DNA of 64,000 nucleotides, from positions 19,939 through 83,938 of IMG/VR virus record IMGVR_UViG_3300017913_002030. One strand, 5' to 3'. The position numbers and the translations under genes are program-made. Below, in pieces: positions 10,059 through 19,583 of the stretch. The notes beneath the pieces were generated by a model, which searched no databases, was not told where the DNA came from, and worked only from the letters and a program-made list of their open reading frames with translations. Within the stretch, counting starts at the first letter, position 1. Every line of letters begins with the position of its first letter. The DNA comes from a virus. Taxonomy: Duplodnaviria > Caudoviricetes.

Positions 10059-11893
10059 TACAATAGAACCTTAGTTCCGTCTGCTTCGACATTGACCAAT
10101 ACGATAGAATCTGAATCAAGTTCAAACAGGTAGTTTCTTAGTGGTTTGATCGTGCTCTGATTTGCAGGCATAACATTTACTTTAACTGTAGATCCGCTAG
10201 ATCGATCAAATGGAAAGCCTTTAAAGTTGACAGTTCCTTGTGCAGGGTTGTAATCACCTATGTTTGCGACCAAGACATTACCCACAGCGTCAACGATCTG
10301 TAGTGTATACGAGCCTAACTTATTTCTAACTAATGCAGTTTTGTTAAAGTACTTGAACGCCGAAGTAGAGACAACATAATCATCATTGTCTGGTGTCGCC
10401 ATCAAGAACGGGAAGTTAACACTCACATCTCGCTCGATGACTTCTGGCGATTCTCTTAGATTAATCGCATTGTATTGATCTACTTCATCGAACAACGCAT
10501 CCACATTAATCTCTCTTTGAGCCATTACACTCATCTTAGAGTTTAGAATTGCCGGACTATAATCATCTACTTTAGCAAGTAAATTAGATCTACGGAACGT
10601 AGAATTGAATGTAGACATATTCTCTCGAAAATGTCTTGAGATAAGATCGCGTATCTGTTGGCGATAAGACTCAGAGCTTGTGGTTGCGAGAGTTGCGTCT
10701 AAATTGAATGATGTAACTAATTTCAATTTCACAACTTCAGGATCAACAAATTCTGTATCAATTGACATGATAGATCTGTAGTCAGTCAGATTTTCTTTGA
10801 TCAGTTTCTTAATTTCATTCTTGACTGAATCTGTATACCCATCTAGGAAGTTGATTGAAACAAAGACAGAACCGAACTTTGGTGGAACGTTATCATTACC
10901 ACCCCAAGATGTTACATCTTTTAGATATTGCCCGTACAGACTTTTAATTGTCGATGTATAGTCTTCTGCTGTAACCAGTCGCTGTTGAGTCGCAAATGCG
11001 CGTGGTGCGTTAACTTTAATCTCTTCGACTGATTCTTTTTCTGATCCGCCAGATGCTGGTGATACAGTTACGACTCTCTTATCATATCCATCAAACGCAT
11101 CTACTGCGAACTTGGCAGCGCCATTCGCATCTGCGCCAGACGTTGCAATGTAACTTACTTGAATAACATTACCTGCAGAAGGGCGAATCCCCAGCAACTC
11201 ACCGTCGCCGAAATACATTTCATACTCACCAGCCGGAGTTTCTCTCAACATATAGACACGAGAATCGTTTGTGATTGCAGGAGCAGTCAGAATGTTTTTA
11301 TAACGTATTGATACATTCGACGTGGAGTTTTCATATACGTCAACGATCATTGTTGTTGTATCGATATCACTGTCAGGAATAACAAAGACAGTTTCGATAT
11401 CAGCATCAGCAAAGAATGTCTTTGTACGCTCTTTACCTTCGTAGACATCGACGCCAGAAAAAACAAACTCATCGTCACTATTTCTACTTGCAACATACTC
11501 TTGATTCGTGTAAAATACAAATGCCGCGTCATCTACAGAGGCAGGGAATCGTGTACGAGCTGGGATGAGTTCTTCGTTAGATGAACCTAGAGGATCTGAT
11601 ACTACAATATCGACTGTTGCCGTTGCAGATGATTTTGATCTAGGTGTGTAACCTAAAGACTCTGCGTGACCTAACACAGAGGATCTTAACTGAGATGTAG
11701 ATAGGAATGATTCATTGATAGCCATATTTGCGATCAATGCATTTACGTGTGTGTTGTATGCTAACACGTCCAAGATGCTTGACAAACCACTTGCGTCAAA
11801 ATCATAATCTTTAAACTCCGAAGAGTTTTTAAAATAAGTCTTTAACTTACTTTTAATATTAACAAAATCTAGATCACTTGTATTGACCGTCAT
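10058..11893 (-). CDS. gp6: Baseplate wedge subunit gp6
   Basis: LDFVNIKSKLKTYF, FKDYDFDASGLSSILDVLAYNTH and QQRLVTAEDY motifs. Confidence 0.93.
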   Translation of the reverse strand: MTVNTSDLDFVNIKSKLKTYFKNSSEFKDYDFDASGLSSILDVLAYNTHVNALIANMAINESFLSTSQLRSSVLGHAESLGYTPRSKSSATATVDIVVSDPLGSSNEELIPARTRFPASVDDAAFVFYTNQEYVASRNSDDEFVFSGVDVYEGKERTKTFFADADIETVFVIPDSDIDTTTMIVDVYENSTSNVSIRYKNILTAPAITNDSRVYMLRETPAGEYEMYFGDGELLGIRPSAGNVIQVSYIATSGADANGAAKFAVDAFDGYDKRVVTVSPASGGSEKESVEEIKVNAPRAFATQQRLVTAEDYTSTIKSLYGQYLKDVTSWGGNDNVPPKFGSVFVSINFLDGYTDSVKNEIKKLIKENLTDYRSIMSIDTEFVDPEVVKLKLVTSFNLDATLATTSSESYRQQIRDLISRHFRENMSTFNSTFRRSNLLAKVDDYSPAILNSKMSVMAQREINVDALFDEVDQYNAINLRESPEVIERDVSVNFPFLMATPDNDDYVVSTSAFKYFNKTALVRNKLGSYTLQIVDAVGNVLVANIGDYNPAQGTVNFKGFPFDRSSGSTVKVNVMPANQSTIKPLRNYLFELDSDSIVLVNVEADGTKVLL

Positions 11894-12337
11894 TTATCTC
11901 ACCCTTGATATTGCCAGTTCCATTGTTACGACTTCACGTGTGTTCACAACTCTGAAGATAATAGTAATAGATACTGAATTGTAGTCTGGTTTAACCTTGC
12001 AACGTACCTGTTTTAATATTGCTCTAGGTTCGAATAATCTTATTTGAGTCTTTATGGCCTCTTCGACATCGTAAGAATCTATCTCTGTGTCCAGTTTAAA
12101 CAAAAATGATTCTAAGTCACCGCCATAGGCTGGTTTAAACGGAACTGATCCCTTCTTGGTCAACAATAGATTCTTAATAGCTTGACGAACTGCTTGAGCC
12201 TCTGTCTTTTTATAGACATCGTTCGTATATGTATTTCTTTCGAATGCACAATCTATATCAGAATTCGTGCGCTTGACCGAAGTGATCAAGGGCGCTTTAC
12301 CTAGATTACCATCCTGTATCGAAAATGCCTTGGCCAT
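11894..12337 (-). CDS. gp25: Baseplate wedge subunit gp25 (gpW/gp25 family)
   Basis: AVRQAIKNLLLTKKGSVPFKPAYG and IRLFEPRA motifs; upstream of gp6. Confidence 0.9.
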   Translation of the reverse strand: MAKAFSIQDGNLGKAPLITSVKRTNSDIDCAFERNTYTNDVYKKTEAQAVRQAIKNLLLTKKGSVPFKPAYGGDLESFLFKLDTEIDSYDVEEAIKTQIRLFEPRAILKQVRCKVKPDYNSVSITIIFRVVNTREVVTMELAISRVR

Positions 12338-12358
12338 ACCATGAAACTCTTTTCTTTG

Positions 12359-12366
12359 TATTTATA
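12359..12366 (-). promoter_or_regulatory. T4-type late promoter TATAAATA (gp25-gp6-gp7)
   Basis: Exact consensus 22 nt upstream of the gp25 start. Confidence 0.8.
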
Positions 12367-12381
12367 CGTGTATCGGTATAT

Positions 12382-14196
12382 TTATGCGACTTCAAATGAT
12401 GTAGGTATGCCAATCAATGGTAAAACGTCACATAATGTTAGCGTCAATAGGTCTAAAAGTTTTCCTAGGCCAATTGCGTCTAGGAATGCTTTAATTTTTT
12501 TGATCCATATATTGAGTAATTCTTTTTCCCAGTTCGCAGCAAAGTCACGTGCAGCCTTGATCAGATTGTCGATGTCTTTCTCCGCCATCTTGACATTCTC
12601 TTCGATCTCACCACCGATAACATCAAGCAAAGACATACCGAACAACTGAACTCCTTCGAGTTTCTTAATCAGATAGTTGAACACCTCCTCTTCGACATCA
12701 AACTCTTCGATCTTCTTTTGTATCTCTTCTGCTTTTGCTTCTAGATCTTTCTTGACTTTTTCGATCTCTTCGTCTATCCTATCGGGTGCGTTTTCTATAT
12801 CTTCTTTTATTCGATCTATTTCTTCTGCCAACTTTTCTGGGGCATTCTCTATATCTTTTTTAACTTGATCGATTTCACCTACTATCTTTTCGCCTTCGGC
12901 AATAAGTTCTTCTTTGTATTCTTCTGCCTTCTGTTTTGCTTCGTCAATAAGTGACTTAATGAATGCCTCGACATCAAAATTCAAAGGGATAGGTAGATCA
13001 GGTAGACCAAGTGCATCCCAAATCTCTTTGAACTTACCGATCAACGCATCGAAAGCAGCGAACAATGCGTTTGTACACCACTTAACAATCTCTGTCTTGA
13101 TGTATTGCCACGTGAGTTTTGCTTTCCATTCGTTACACGTAATACCCCATTGACCATTGTATTGCTGATACTCTGGTGGCATAAGAGAGAAAAACTTATC
13201 GATGATCGCCGTCTTCTCTTCATCTAACATACCCATTGCAGAGTCGTACGCGTCTTGTTCTAACTTACCACTCTCAAAGTCTGCCTGTAACTGTTCTGCC
13301 TTGGCGATGTACTCTTCTGTCATACCCGACAGTTCAGCAACAATGCGCTCTTGTTCTTCGGCTTCAAGAACCTTGAGAACATTAATTTGTATGCCAAGAA
13401 TAGGCACTTCGAAGTTTATTGGTATGATCTTCGAGATCATCTCTAACATCTTGGTTGGAATGAATATATGATACTCTTGAATTAATTCGTTCCATGCGTC
13501 GTCTGCCTCTTTCTGCCAGTTGCGCACCTTACCCTTTTTCCAGTAAGGTGAGAGTATCTCTGCGATTAGATCCATCACCTCTTCTATCTGATCGATGATG
13601 CCCTGTATCTGTTCGATTACATCTCCAAACTCAGATTCTATCTCAGAGAGTATCGCATCTTCTATCTCACCCTCTATGTTTTCAGCACGTGCTTGAAGTT
13701 CTTCACCCTTTGCCTTGGCCTCTACCTCTAGTCGTGTTTTTTCTGCCTTCAGTTTTTCCTCAACGTCAGGCAGACTATCAATCCATACCTGCAACTTGCT
13801 TGGCATTTGTGCAAGTTTATTGAATTCGTTTACAATATCAGCACGTGTAGGCAGAGTATTCCCATCACATGGTATCTCTATACCTGAAAGTAAAGGCAGT
13901 GCCGGAAGAGCGAGTGCAGGTAACGCAAAGTCATCTAATGCGTCGAATGAAAGACCGCCCGAGTTAATCTTATCTAACAGGGCAAGATCTTTCTTTTTGA
14001 ATGCTGGTAAAGTTGTAGTAGGGCTAGGTCGCAGACTTAAATTCGGTAATGCGATTTCTACAATTTCACCCGCAGGTGTACCCGCAGGTGGTTCTGCGAC
14101 CAGCGGCCACAATAACTGATCACCAAGACGTACTTCCGTGACAGCAGTGCTGCCTAGAAATAACGTTTGATTACCTGAGTCGTTGATAATAGGCAT
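12382..14196 (-). CDS. Acidic coiled-coil protein between gp5 and gp25, probably baseplate/tail-associated
   Basis: 604 aa; N-terminal LFLGSTAVTEVRLGDQLLWP minor-tail-type motif; helical E/K-rich body. Confidence 0.65.
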   Translation of the reverse strand: MPIINDSGNQTLFLGSTAVTEVRLGDQLLWPLVAEPPAGTPAGEIVEIALPNLSLRPSPTTTLPAFKKKDLALLDKINSGGLSFDALDDFALPALALPALPLLSGIEIPCDGNTLPTRADIVNEFNKLAQMPSKLQVWIDSLPDVEEKLKAEKTRLEVEAKAKGEELQARAENIEGEIEDAILSEIESEFGDVIEQIQGIIDQIEEVMDLIAEILSPYWKKGKVRNWQKEADDAWNELIQEYHIFIPTKMLEMISKIIPINFEVPILGIQINVLKVLEAEEQERIVAELSGMTEEYIAKAEQLQADFESGKLEQDAYDSAMGMLDEEKTAIIDKFFSLMPPEYQQYNGQWGITCNEWKAKLTWQYIKTEIVKWCTNALFAAFDALIGKFKEIWDALGLPDLPIPLNFDVEAFIKSLIDEAKQKAEEYKEELIAEGEKIVGEIDQVKKDIENAPEKLAEEIDRIKEDIENAPDRIDEEIEKVKKDLEAKAEEIQKKIEEFDVEEEVFNYLIKKLEGVQLFGMSLLDVIGGEIEENVKMAEKDIDNLIKAARDFAANWEKELLNIWIKKIKAFLDAIGLGKLLDLLTLTLCDVLPLIGIPTSFEVA

Positions 14197-14205
14197 GACT
14201 ACCTA

Positions 14206-14436
14206 TCACCCCGTAATAAAGTACAGCGTATCTGGATCTGGTGTGAGTGCGTCGTATTCTGTACGTGTACCCGTCCATATCTTAACGGGTTGACCCGAAC
14301 CATTTTGATTCATCAATGCGGCGAAGTTTTGATTAATCTTACTGAATGCCGAGTCCATAGGCTCTAACACAGTACCATCGATGCGAGTGACGTTTAATCC
14401 ATCATCTGAATCAAGCTGTTGCATTATGTCTGTCAT
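14206..14436 (-). CDS. 76-aa mini tail protein
   Basis: DSAFSKINQNFAAL (gp9-like N-terminal motif) plus KIWTGTRTEYDALTPDPDTLYFITG. Confidence 0.6.
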   Translation of the reverse strand: MTDIMQQLDSDDGLNVTRIDGTVLEPMDSAFSKINQNFAALMNQNGSGQPVKIWTGTRTEYDALTPDPDTLYFITG

Positions 14437-14443
14437 ACTTTAC

Positions 14444-15133
14444 CTATGAGTTCAGTTTAATTTCGCCGTTTAATTTAATTGATGGTGCCGATAGATCAAT
14501 AGAGGTTGCTGATTTTATCTTAGCCTCTTGCGTGACTTCGACTGAGGCATTGCCAGAGACAACGATCTTAACATCTCCTGTTACATTCAATGTGTCATTA
14601 CCGGTGACTACTGTGTACTTGTCTCTGGCCACTACTAGAGTCTCGTCCTTCGTTACGAATGTAGTTCGAGTACCGTCGTTCTGAATCTCGTAGTTAGTTC
14701 CTGTTCTGTGTTGTTCTTTAATACGACCTTCTTCGGAATCATCATACTCTCGATAGTGGCCCGTCTCTGTCTTGTATACCTTGTTTTTTGGATACTCACC
14801 GACGCCTTCGACACGATTATTTTGATCTTCTTCTTTCGGAATTGCACCCATAATCAAAGGCAACTGCGAACTAGGACCATCTAGAAACATACCGAATACG
14901 TGAGTACCCACTAACAAACCAAGATACTGTCCATTACCTTCGTGTACCCCTTGTGTAACAGGTACTATAATCTGGGCCCAAGGGAGATCTTCGGGTGCGA
15001 TATCGTCATATACACCAAAAATGCGCACTTGTGCTCGACCTAATCTAAGAGGATCATCTTTTACATTGATCACTTCACCAAGAAACCATCTTGTCTGGTC
15101 GCCATAGAAGTCAATAAAACTTTTAGGTATCAT
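14444..15133 (-). CDS. gp5: Baseplate hub/spike gp5 (OB-fold plus short beta-helix; no lysozyme domain)
   Basis: WFLGEVINVKDDPLRLGRAQVRIFG...LPWA, VFGMFLDG and YPKNKVYKTETGH motifs. Confidence 0.88.
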   Translation of the reverse strand: MIPKSFIDFYGDQTRWFLGEVINVKDDPLRLGRAQVRIFGVYDDIAPEDLPWAQIIVPVTQGVHEGNGQYLGLLVGTHVFGMFLDGPSSQLPLIMGAIPKEEDQNNRVEGVGEYPKNKVYKTETGHYREYDDSEEGRIKEQHRTGTNYEIQNDGTRTTFVTKDETLVVARDKYTVVTGNDTLNVTGDVKIVVSGNASVEVTQEAKIKSATSIDLSAPSIKLNGEIKLNS

Positions 15134-16488
15134 TGTGCTTCGATCTCCGGCATATCATGATTTACTTTTACTGCCGACATTGATATAGTATATGATTCTT
15201 GACTGAAAGAGTGTTTACATCCTAGTATTAGAAAATCGCCTGATTTCTTTTTATCAAACGCAGTGTCAGAAGCAGCATCTGCCTTTTCTTCAGGCGTTTG
15301 GTTTGTTAGAAAGAAAATTCTTAATTTACATCCTATAGATGTGTTTTCTATACCGTCAAGAAAGTCATAACCATTCACAGTAATATCAATAGAATTTTTA
15401 GTGATGATATTAGCCATCGCATTCGAAACAACTCTTTGTTTATACTGTGCCTTATCATCACACTCCGAGTATGATTTATAACCAACATAAGGACTTGTAC
15501 CACCTACTTGAGTTATCTTTTTTGAAACAACTCCTTCAGCATTATACCAATCATATTTGAACATCTCAAGTGTTGGTGTCTTATCGATCAATTTAGATTT
15601 TTTGAACGCACTAATAACGTCATCGTCAGCATTCAGTTCAATGTGCTGACGCTGTTCATCTTTTTTCTTGGTGACATCAATATACTCGTATGCCGAACCA
15701 ATCACCCCGTCGTCTAACAATTTAAACACATTGTCTGTATTTCTACCTTTGTAGGATAGTATAACACGCCTTTGAATCGAACCCATAGGTCGAGAATGTG
15801 ATACTGAACTATCGGCAAATATATAAGGCACGTCAGCGTTTAAAACTGGTTGTGTTAAAAGATGTTGAAGATCAGATAGATGTAGACTGTCTTCTACTAG
15901 AGAAGAGAACAGATAGTATGGATATCCATCGTCTGTAACTAATCGATTTTTAATCCAACACATGGCATCGATAGGATTCATATTAGGCACAATGACTTTC
16001 ATCTTTGTACTTTCAGTAGCGATACCTTCTACACTAATTTCTTTTTCATCGAGATACTCTTTTGAAATATTAGAGATGATATCTGATCCAGATCCACTAT
16101 ATGATTTGTTAATGTTTTTAGTTACACCAAGAAAACCTATATCTTCGATCAAGTGAAACACATAGAACTCTTGATCGCTCTGTATCTTTTCGCTACTAAC
16201 TATTCGATCGATGTAGAATACCTTGTTCACTTCTTCGGCAAGAGGATGTGTACTCTTAATCTTAACAATGACTTTCTCACCACCTGAGATCTGCATAACT
16301 TCAAACACATTATCATAATCTGCAAATCCCGCCATCGCAGTTAGATATGGTTTGTCGATGTGTTCGAACACATCTAGATCTATAATCGCAGGCGCGATCT
16401 CGAACTGCGCACCCCAACTCTCGATAGCAAACGATTCTATAGTCGCGGCGGTTTTATGCTCATTAGTTGTAGTGGTGATATCAGACAT
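15130..16488 (-). CDS. Putative baseplate hub protein (gp27-like)
   Basis: 452 aa, between gp53 and gp5; C-terminal SGDFLILGCKHSF resembles phage hub proteins. Confidence 0.55.
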   Translation of the reverse strand: MSDITTTTNEHKTAATIESFAIESWGAQFEIAPAIIDLDVFEHIDKPYLTAMAGFADYDNVFEVMQISGGEKVIVKIKSTHPLAEEVNKVFYIDRIVSSEKIQSDQEFYVFHLIEDIGFLGVTKNINKSYSGSGSDIISNISKEYLDEKEISVEGIATESTKMKVIVPNMNPIDAMCWIKNRLVTDDGYPYYLFSSLVEDSLHLSDLQHLLTQPVLNADVPYIFADSSVSHSRPMGSIQRRVILSYKGRNTDNVFKLLDDGVIGSAYEYIDVTKKKDEQRQHIELNADDDVISAFKKSKLIDKTPTLEMFKYDWYNAEGVVSKKITQVGGTSPYVGYKSYSECDDKAQYKQRVVSNAMANIITKNSIDITVNGYDFLDGIENTSIGCKLRIFFLTNQTPEEKADAASDTAFDKKKSGDFLILGCKHSFSQESYTISMSAVKVNHDMPEIEAQ

Positions 16489-17192
16489 TATGATTGAATC
16501 GCTTTATTAAACATACCAACAACTGCTGTAATAGACCTTGGTTGAATTACTCTGATTTGTCTTAAAGATTCATTTTCTTTTGTGTAATGATCTATATGAG
16601 TAACAGGATATCCTGTCGTATTCCAACCATCTTTAGTTCGATAGTCGATTTTTTCTCCATCCGAGTTCTTATAAAAACGCGTAGACAAATATTCAGCTTC
16701 GACTGATAACACAGTTACATTTTGAGATCCATTGCTTACAGTATCATCTGTTGAAAATTTACCTTCTAGTACGTCAATGACGATTTGACCCAGACCAGTG
16801 TCGATTCTCACTACACGACCTTTTGCACCCGAAGAACTCTCTACAATAGAATCTTTTAAAAACGTGTCGATGTCGTCACGCGTATTCAAAGTTGTATTGG
16901 GATGATCCTCTATAGCCTTCTTTACGATAGACTCTCGCGTCAACGGCCAACCCTTTTCTCGAATCGAATCGTTCATGATAAAGAACGTCCAGTGTAACTG
17001 TGGATTCTCGTAAAGAGCGTATGCCACGTTATCTGGTCGATCTCCGTCGCGAATATAATAGTCAATGTAGAATGCTGAGTTTTCCTTGACTTGATCGATG
17101 ATGTCAACGTACGCTGATAGATTTTGCATGACGGCACGATTGCCGTTCGCAAACTGATAAAGTTGTGTTGGAAATTTTCTAAAATATGACAT
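16488..17192 (-). CDS. gp53: Baseplate wedge subunit gp53
   Basis: MSYFRKFP, YYIRDGDRPDNVAYALYENPQLHWTFFIMND (LysM-like) and NESLRQIRVI motifs. Confidence 0.9.
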   Translation of the reverse strand: MSYFRKFPTQLYQFANGNRAVMQNLSAYVDIIDQVKENSAFYIDYYIRDGDRPDNVAYALYENPQLHWTFFIMNDSIREKGWPLTRESIVKKAIEDHPNTTLNTRDDIDTFLKDSIVESSSGAKGRVVRIDTGLGQIVIDVLEGKFSTDDTVSNGSQNVTVLSVEAEYLSTRFYKNSDGEKIDYRTKDGWNTTGYPVTHIDHYTKENESLRQIRVIQPRSITAVVGMFNKAIQS

Positions 17193-18394
17193 TAGTATCC
17201 AGCCTCTACATCCTGTCGATCGATCGTAACTTCTTCAACGAAACTAAGTGTTAGGTCAATCTCAACAGGCTGACCATCAGTATGAAACGCCATAACACTT
17301 GGATTGTATGTTGTGTTCACGCTTCTAAGATAACAGTGTTTTAGTTTATTACCGATACGTTTTCTCTTTGTGAATTTTTCGACTTTTTCATTACCCTCTT
17401 CATCGAATGTTAAAATTTCATCATCTTGCTCATAGTACACAGAAATGTCAAATAGATTAGGGAATTTATAACCGGCAGATACAGGACCTACAGGTATTGA
17501 TTCAGGATAAGCGGCGAGTCTAAATGTTTTGATGATCTTTTCAACTTCTCGGGCTTCTTTACTTGACGATGCGATGAATTTAAATGAGAATGAATACTCT
17601 CTTAGATTAGTTCCCTTGAATGTACTTCTCAAGTTAGGATTGACGGTGACTGCCGTAGCGATCTTAAACGCTTCATTTGCCTCGGATGGAAGAATTTTAG
17701 CAGTAAATCTTTGTGACGCCAGAGTTGCCTGCGCCCCAGTAAGATTGCCAGTTACTAGATCGAATACACTTTTAGCGCCTTGACTAAAGGCATCTATGAA
17801 TCCACTTGCGAGACCTTTACCGCTAGACATAGTTTCAAACGCAGCGGCACCTAATGGGCCCAGTTCCGTGCCTGATATAGTAAGTGCGTCTGCCTGATTG
17901 AATGCCACAGGTAGATAGAGTTTGACAGCCTTTTCGGTCCACTCGACTGTTCTGTCAGAATATTCGGCGTCTTTAAAGAACTCTTTCACTGCCTGATCGT
18001 TTTCTTCATTTCTCTTATTAAGGGCAACCTGATAGGCCTCTTCGTTTTCGGCCATTGCTTCATCGCCACCCTCTTTCTTATATTGTTCTGGATCATTTCT
18101 TTTTAAGTTATTTAAATAACGCGCATTCTGTTGTCGTGCCTTCATTTCACCTGAGGCCGAGAACTGAAAAGATGCCTTTGTCTCACCACCCTTCGCAGTC
18201 GGAGGAATGATCTTCATGACTTTAAAATCGATGTACGCCCCGTAACGATTGTTATCGTCGATAGGATAAACCAATCTTTTTATTTCGGCATTTCTTTCTT
18301 GGAAAGACTTTTCTTCTTCGTCTTCTGCCCCAGGCTTATACTTATCTTCTTCTGCTATCTCGATAGTCTCACTGAATTCGTATTTTATAGGCAT
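17192..18394 (-). CDS. gp48: Baseplate tail-tube cap gp48
   Basis: VNPNLRSTFKGTNLREYSFSF and GQPVEIDLTLSFVEEVTI motifs. Confidence 0.85.
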   Translation of the reverse strand: MPIKYEFSETIEIAEEDKYKPGAEDEEEKSFQERNAEIKRLVYPIDDNNRYGAYIDFKVMKIIPPTAKGGETKASFQFSASGEMKARQQNARYLNNLKRNDPEQYKKEGGDEAMAENEEAYQVALNKRNEENDQAVKEFFKDAEYSDRTVEWTEKAVKLYLPVAFNQADALTISGTELGPLGAAAFETMSSGKGLASGFIDAFSQGAKSVFDLVTGNLTGAQATLASQRFTAKILPSEANEAFKIATAVTVNPNLRSTFKGTNLREYSFSFKFIASSSKEAREVEKIIKTFRLAAYPESIPVGPVSAGYKFPNLFDISVYYEQDDEILTFDEEGNEKVEKFTKRKRIGNKLKHCYLRSVNTTYNPSVMAFHTDGQPVEIDLTLSFVEEVTIDRQDVEAGY

Positions 18395-18414
18395 GAGAAT
18401 AATTGTCCATGTTT

Positions 18415-18422
18415 TATAAATA
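18415..18422 (+). promoter_or_regulatory. Late promoter TATAAATA for gp4
   Basis: Exact consensus 30 nt upstream of ATG 18452. Confidence 0.75.
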
Positions 18423-18431
18423 TGATGGAAC

Positions 18432-18439
18432 TATTTATA
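18432..18439 (-). promoter_or_regulatory. Late promoter TATAAATA for the gp48-gp53-gp5 operon
   Basis: Exact consensus upstream of the gp48 start at 18394. Confidence 0.8.
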
Positions 18440-18451
18440 CGTGATATTAGA

Positions 18452-18961
18452 ATGAAGACTTACAAAGGTCGATACAAACCAAGCAACCCTAAAAAGTATG
18501 TGGGTGATGTCGATAACGTCGTGTATCGTTCTATGTGGGAGCGTCACGTCATGAAATGGTGTGATACAAGTTCAGATGTTGTGCAGTGGATGTCTGAAGA
18601 GTTGGTTGTACCTTATATCTGTGAAACTGATAACAAACCACACCGATACTTTGTTGACTTTGTTATACAGTATAAATCAGGTCGCGTATTACTTATAGAA
18701 GTAAAACCATACAAAGAAACACAACGTCCAGAACGCAGACAAGGGAAATCCCGTCAGACGTTGTTGAATGAAGGTATGACGTATATTAAAAATCAGTCTA
18801 AGTGGAAGGCAGCAAAGAAATATGCCGACGACCGTGGGTATCACTTTGAGATCTGGACTGAAAAAGAACTTACCGCTATGGGTATCATGCCCAAACCTCT
18901 ACGCACTAAAAAACCAATCAAGAAGTTGCCTCCGTTTAGAAAGAAGAAAAAACGCGTATAA
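18452..18961 (+). CDS. gp4: Head completion nuclease gp4 (TnsA-like endonuclease fold)
   Basis: MKTYKGRYKPSNPKKYVGD, VYRSMWER and YFVDF...LIEVKP motifs; true start is ATG 18452, not 18299. Confidence 0.92.
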   Translation: MKTYKGRYKPSNPKKYVGDVDNVVYRSMWERHVMKWCDTSSDVVQWMSEELVVPYICETDNKPHRYFVDFVIQYKSGRVLLIEVKPYKETQRPERRQGKSRQTLLNEGMTYIKNQSKWKAAKKYADDRGYHFEIWTEKELTAMGIMPKPLRTKKPIKKLPPFRKKKKRV

Positions 18962-18964
18962 ATA
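18957..18964 (+). promoter_or_regulatory. Late promoter TATAAATA for the gp2-gp54-gp26 operon
   Basis: Exact consensus upstream of gp2 (18993). Confidence 0.8.
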
Positions 18965-18992
18965 GAGATACGAATTTTTTACGGAAGCGCAC

Positions 18993-19583
18993 ATGTCTAA
19001 CATATTTCAGAATCTAGAACTGCAAGCGTTTCGTGCTGGGGTCACTCCTCGTACTAAGGAGTCACGTGAATGGTTCAGAAAAAAGATCAAGAATCTTCGT
19101 AGCATAAAACGCGAAGAGTTGATGAAAGAAGATCCGCTCAAACAGACCAGTCAAGAAGTTGTAGGTAGCATGTACATGTTTTTCTACGATCCTAAACACA
19201 AGAAGACGCTGCCATATTACGATGCGTTCCCTCTTGTTGTTGTAGTGGGTCCTGCTGAAGGTGGATTCTATGGGTTGAATCTTCATTATTTGCCACCTAT
19301 TCTACGTGCGAAAATGTTAGACGCATTGATGGACATTACGACAAATAAAAAGTTCAATGACTCGACTCGATTCAAAATGTCATATGAACTTCTAACTCGT
19401 ACTGCAAAACTGAAATACTTCAAGCCGTGTTTTAAACATTACTTGACTGAACATGTACAGAGTAGACTAGCAATGGTACCTGCACCAGAATGGGAAATTG
19501 CAACGTTCTTACCGACGGCAGACTTCCGTAAGGCGAACTCTAAGAAAGTCTATGCAGACTCACAGAAAATGATAGGCGACTAA
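18993..19583 (+). CDS. gp2: DNA end protector gp2
   Basis: MYMFFYDPKHKKTLPYYDAFPLV and GLNLHYLPP motifs. Confidence 0.93.
   Translation: MSNIFQNLELQAFRAGVTPRTKESREWFRKKIKNLRSIKREELMKEDPLKQTSQEVVGSMYMFFYDPKHKKTLPYYDAFPLVVVVGPAEGGFYGLNLHYLPPILRAKMLDALMDITTNKKFNDSTRFKMSYELLTRTAKLKYFKPCFKHYLTEHVQSRLAMVPAPEWEIATFLPTADFRKANSKKVYADSQKMIGD

Noticed and set aside
18299-18451. N-terminal extension of gp4 in the ORF track
   Set aside because: It overlaps the gp48 start and both late promoters; the conserved gp4 N-terminus begins at ATG 18452.
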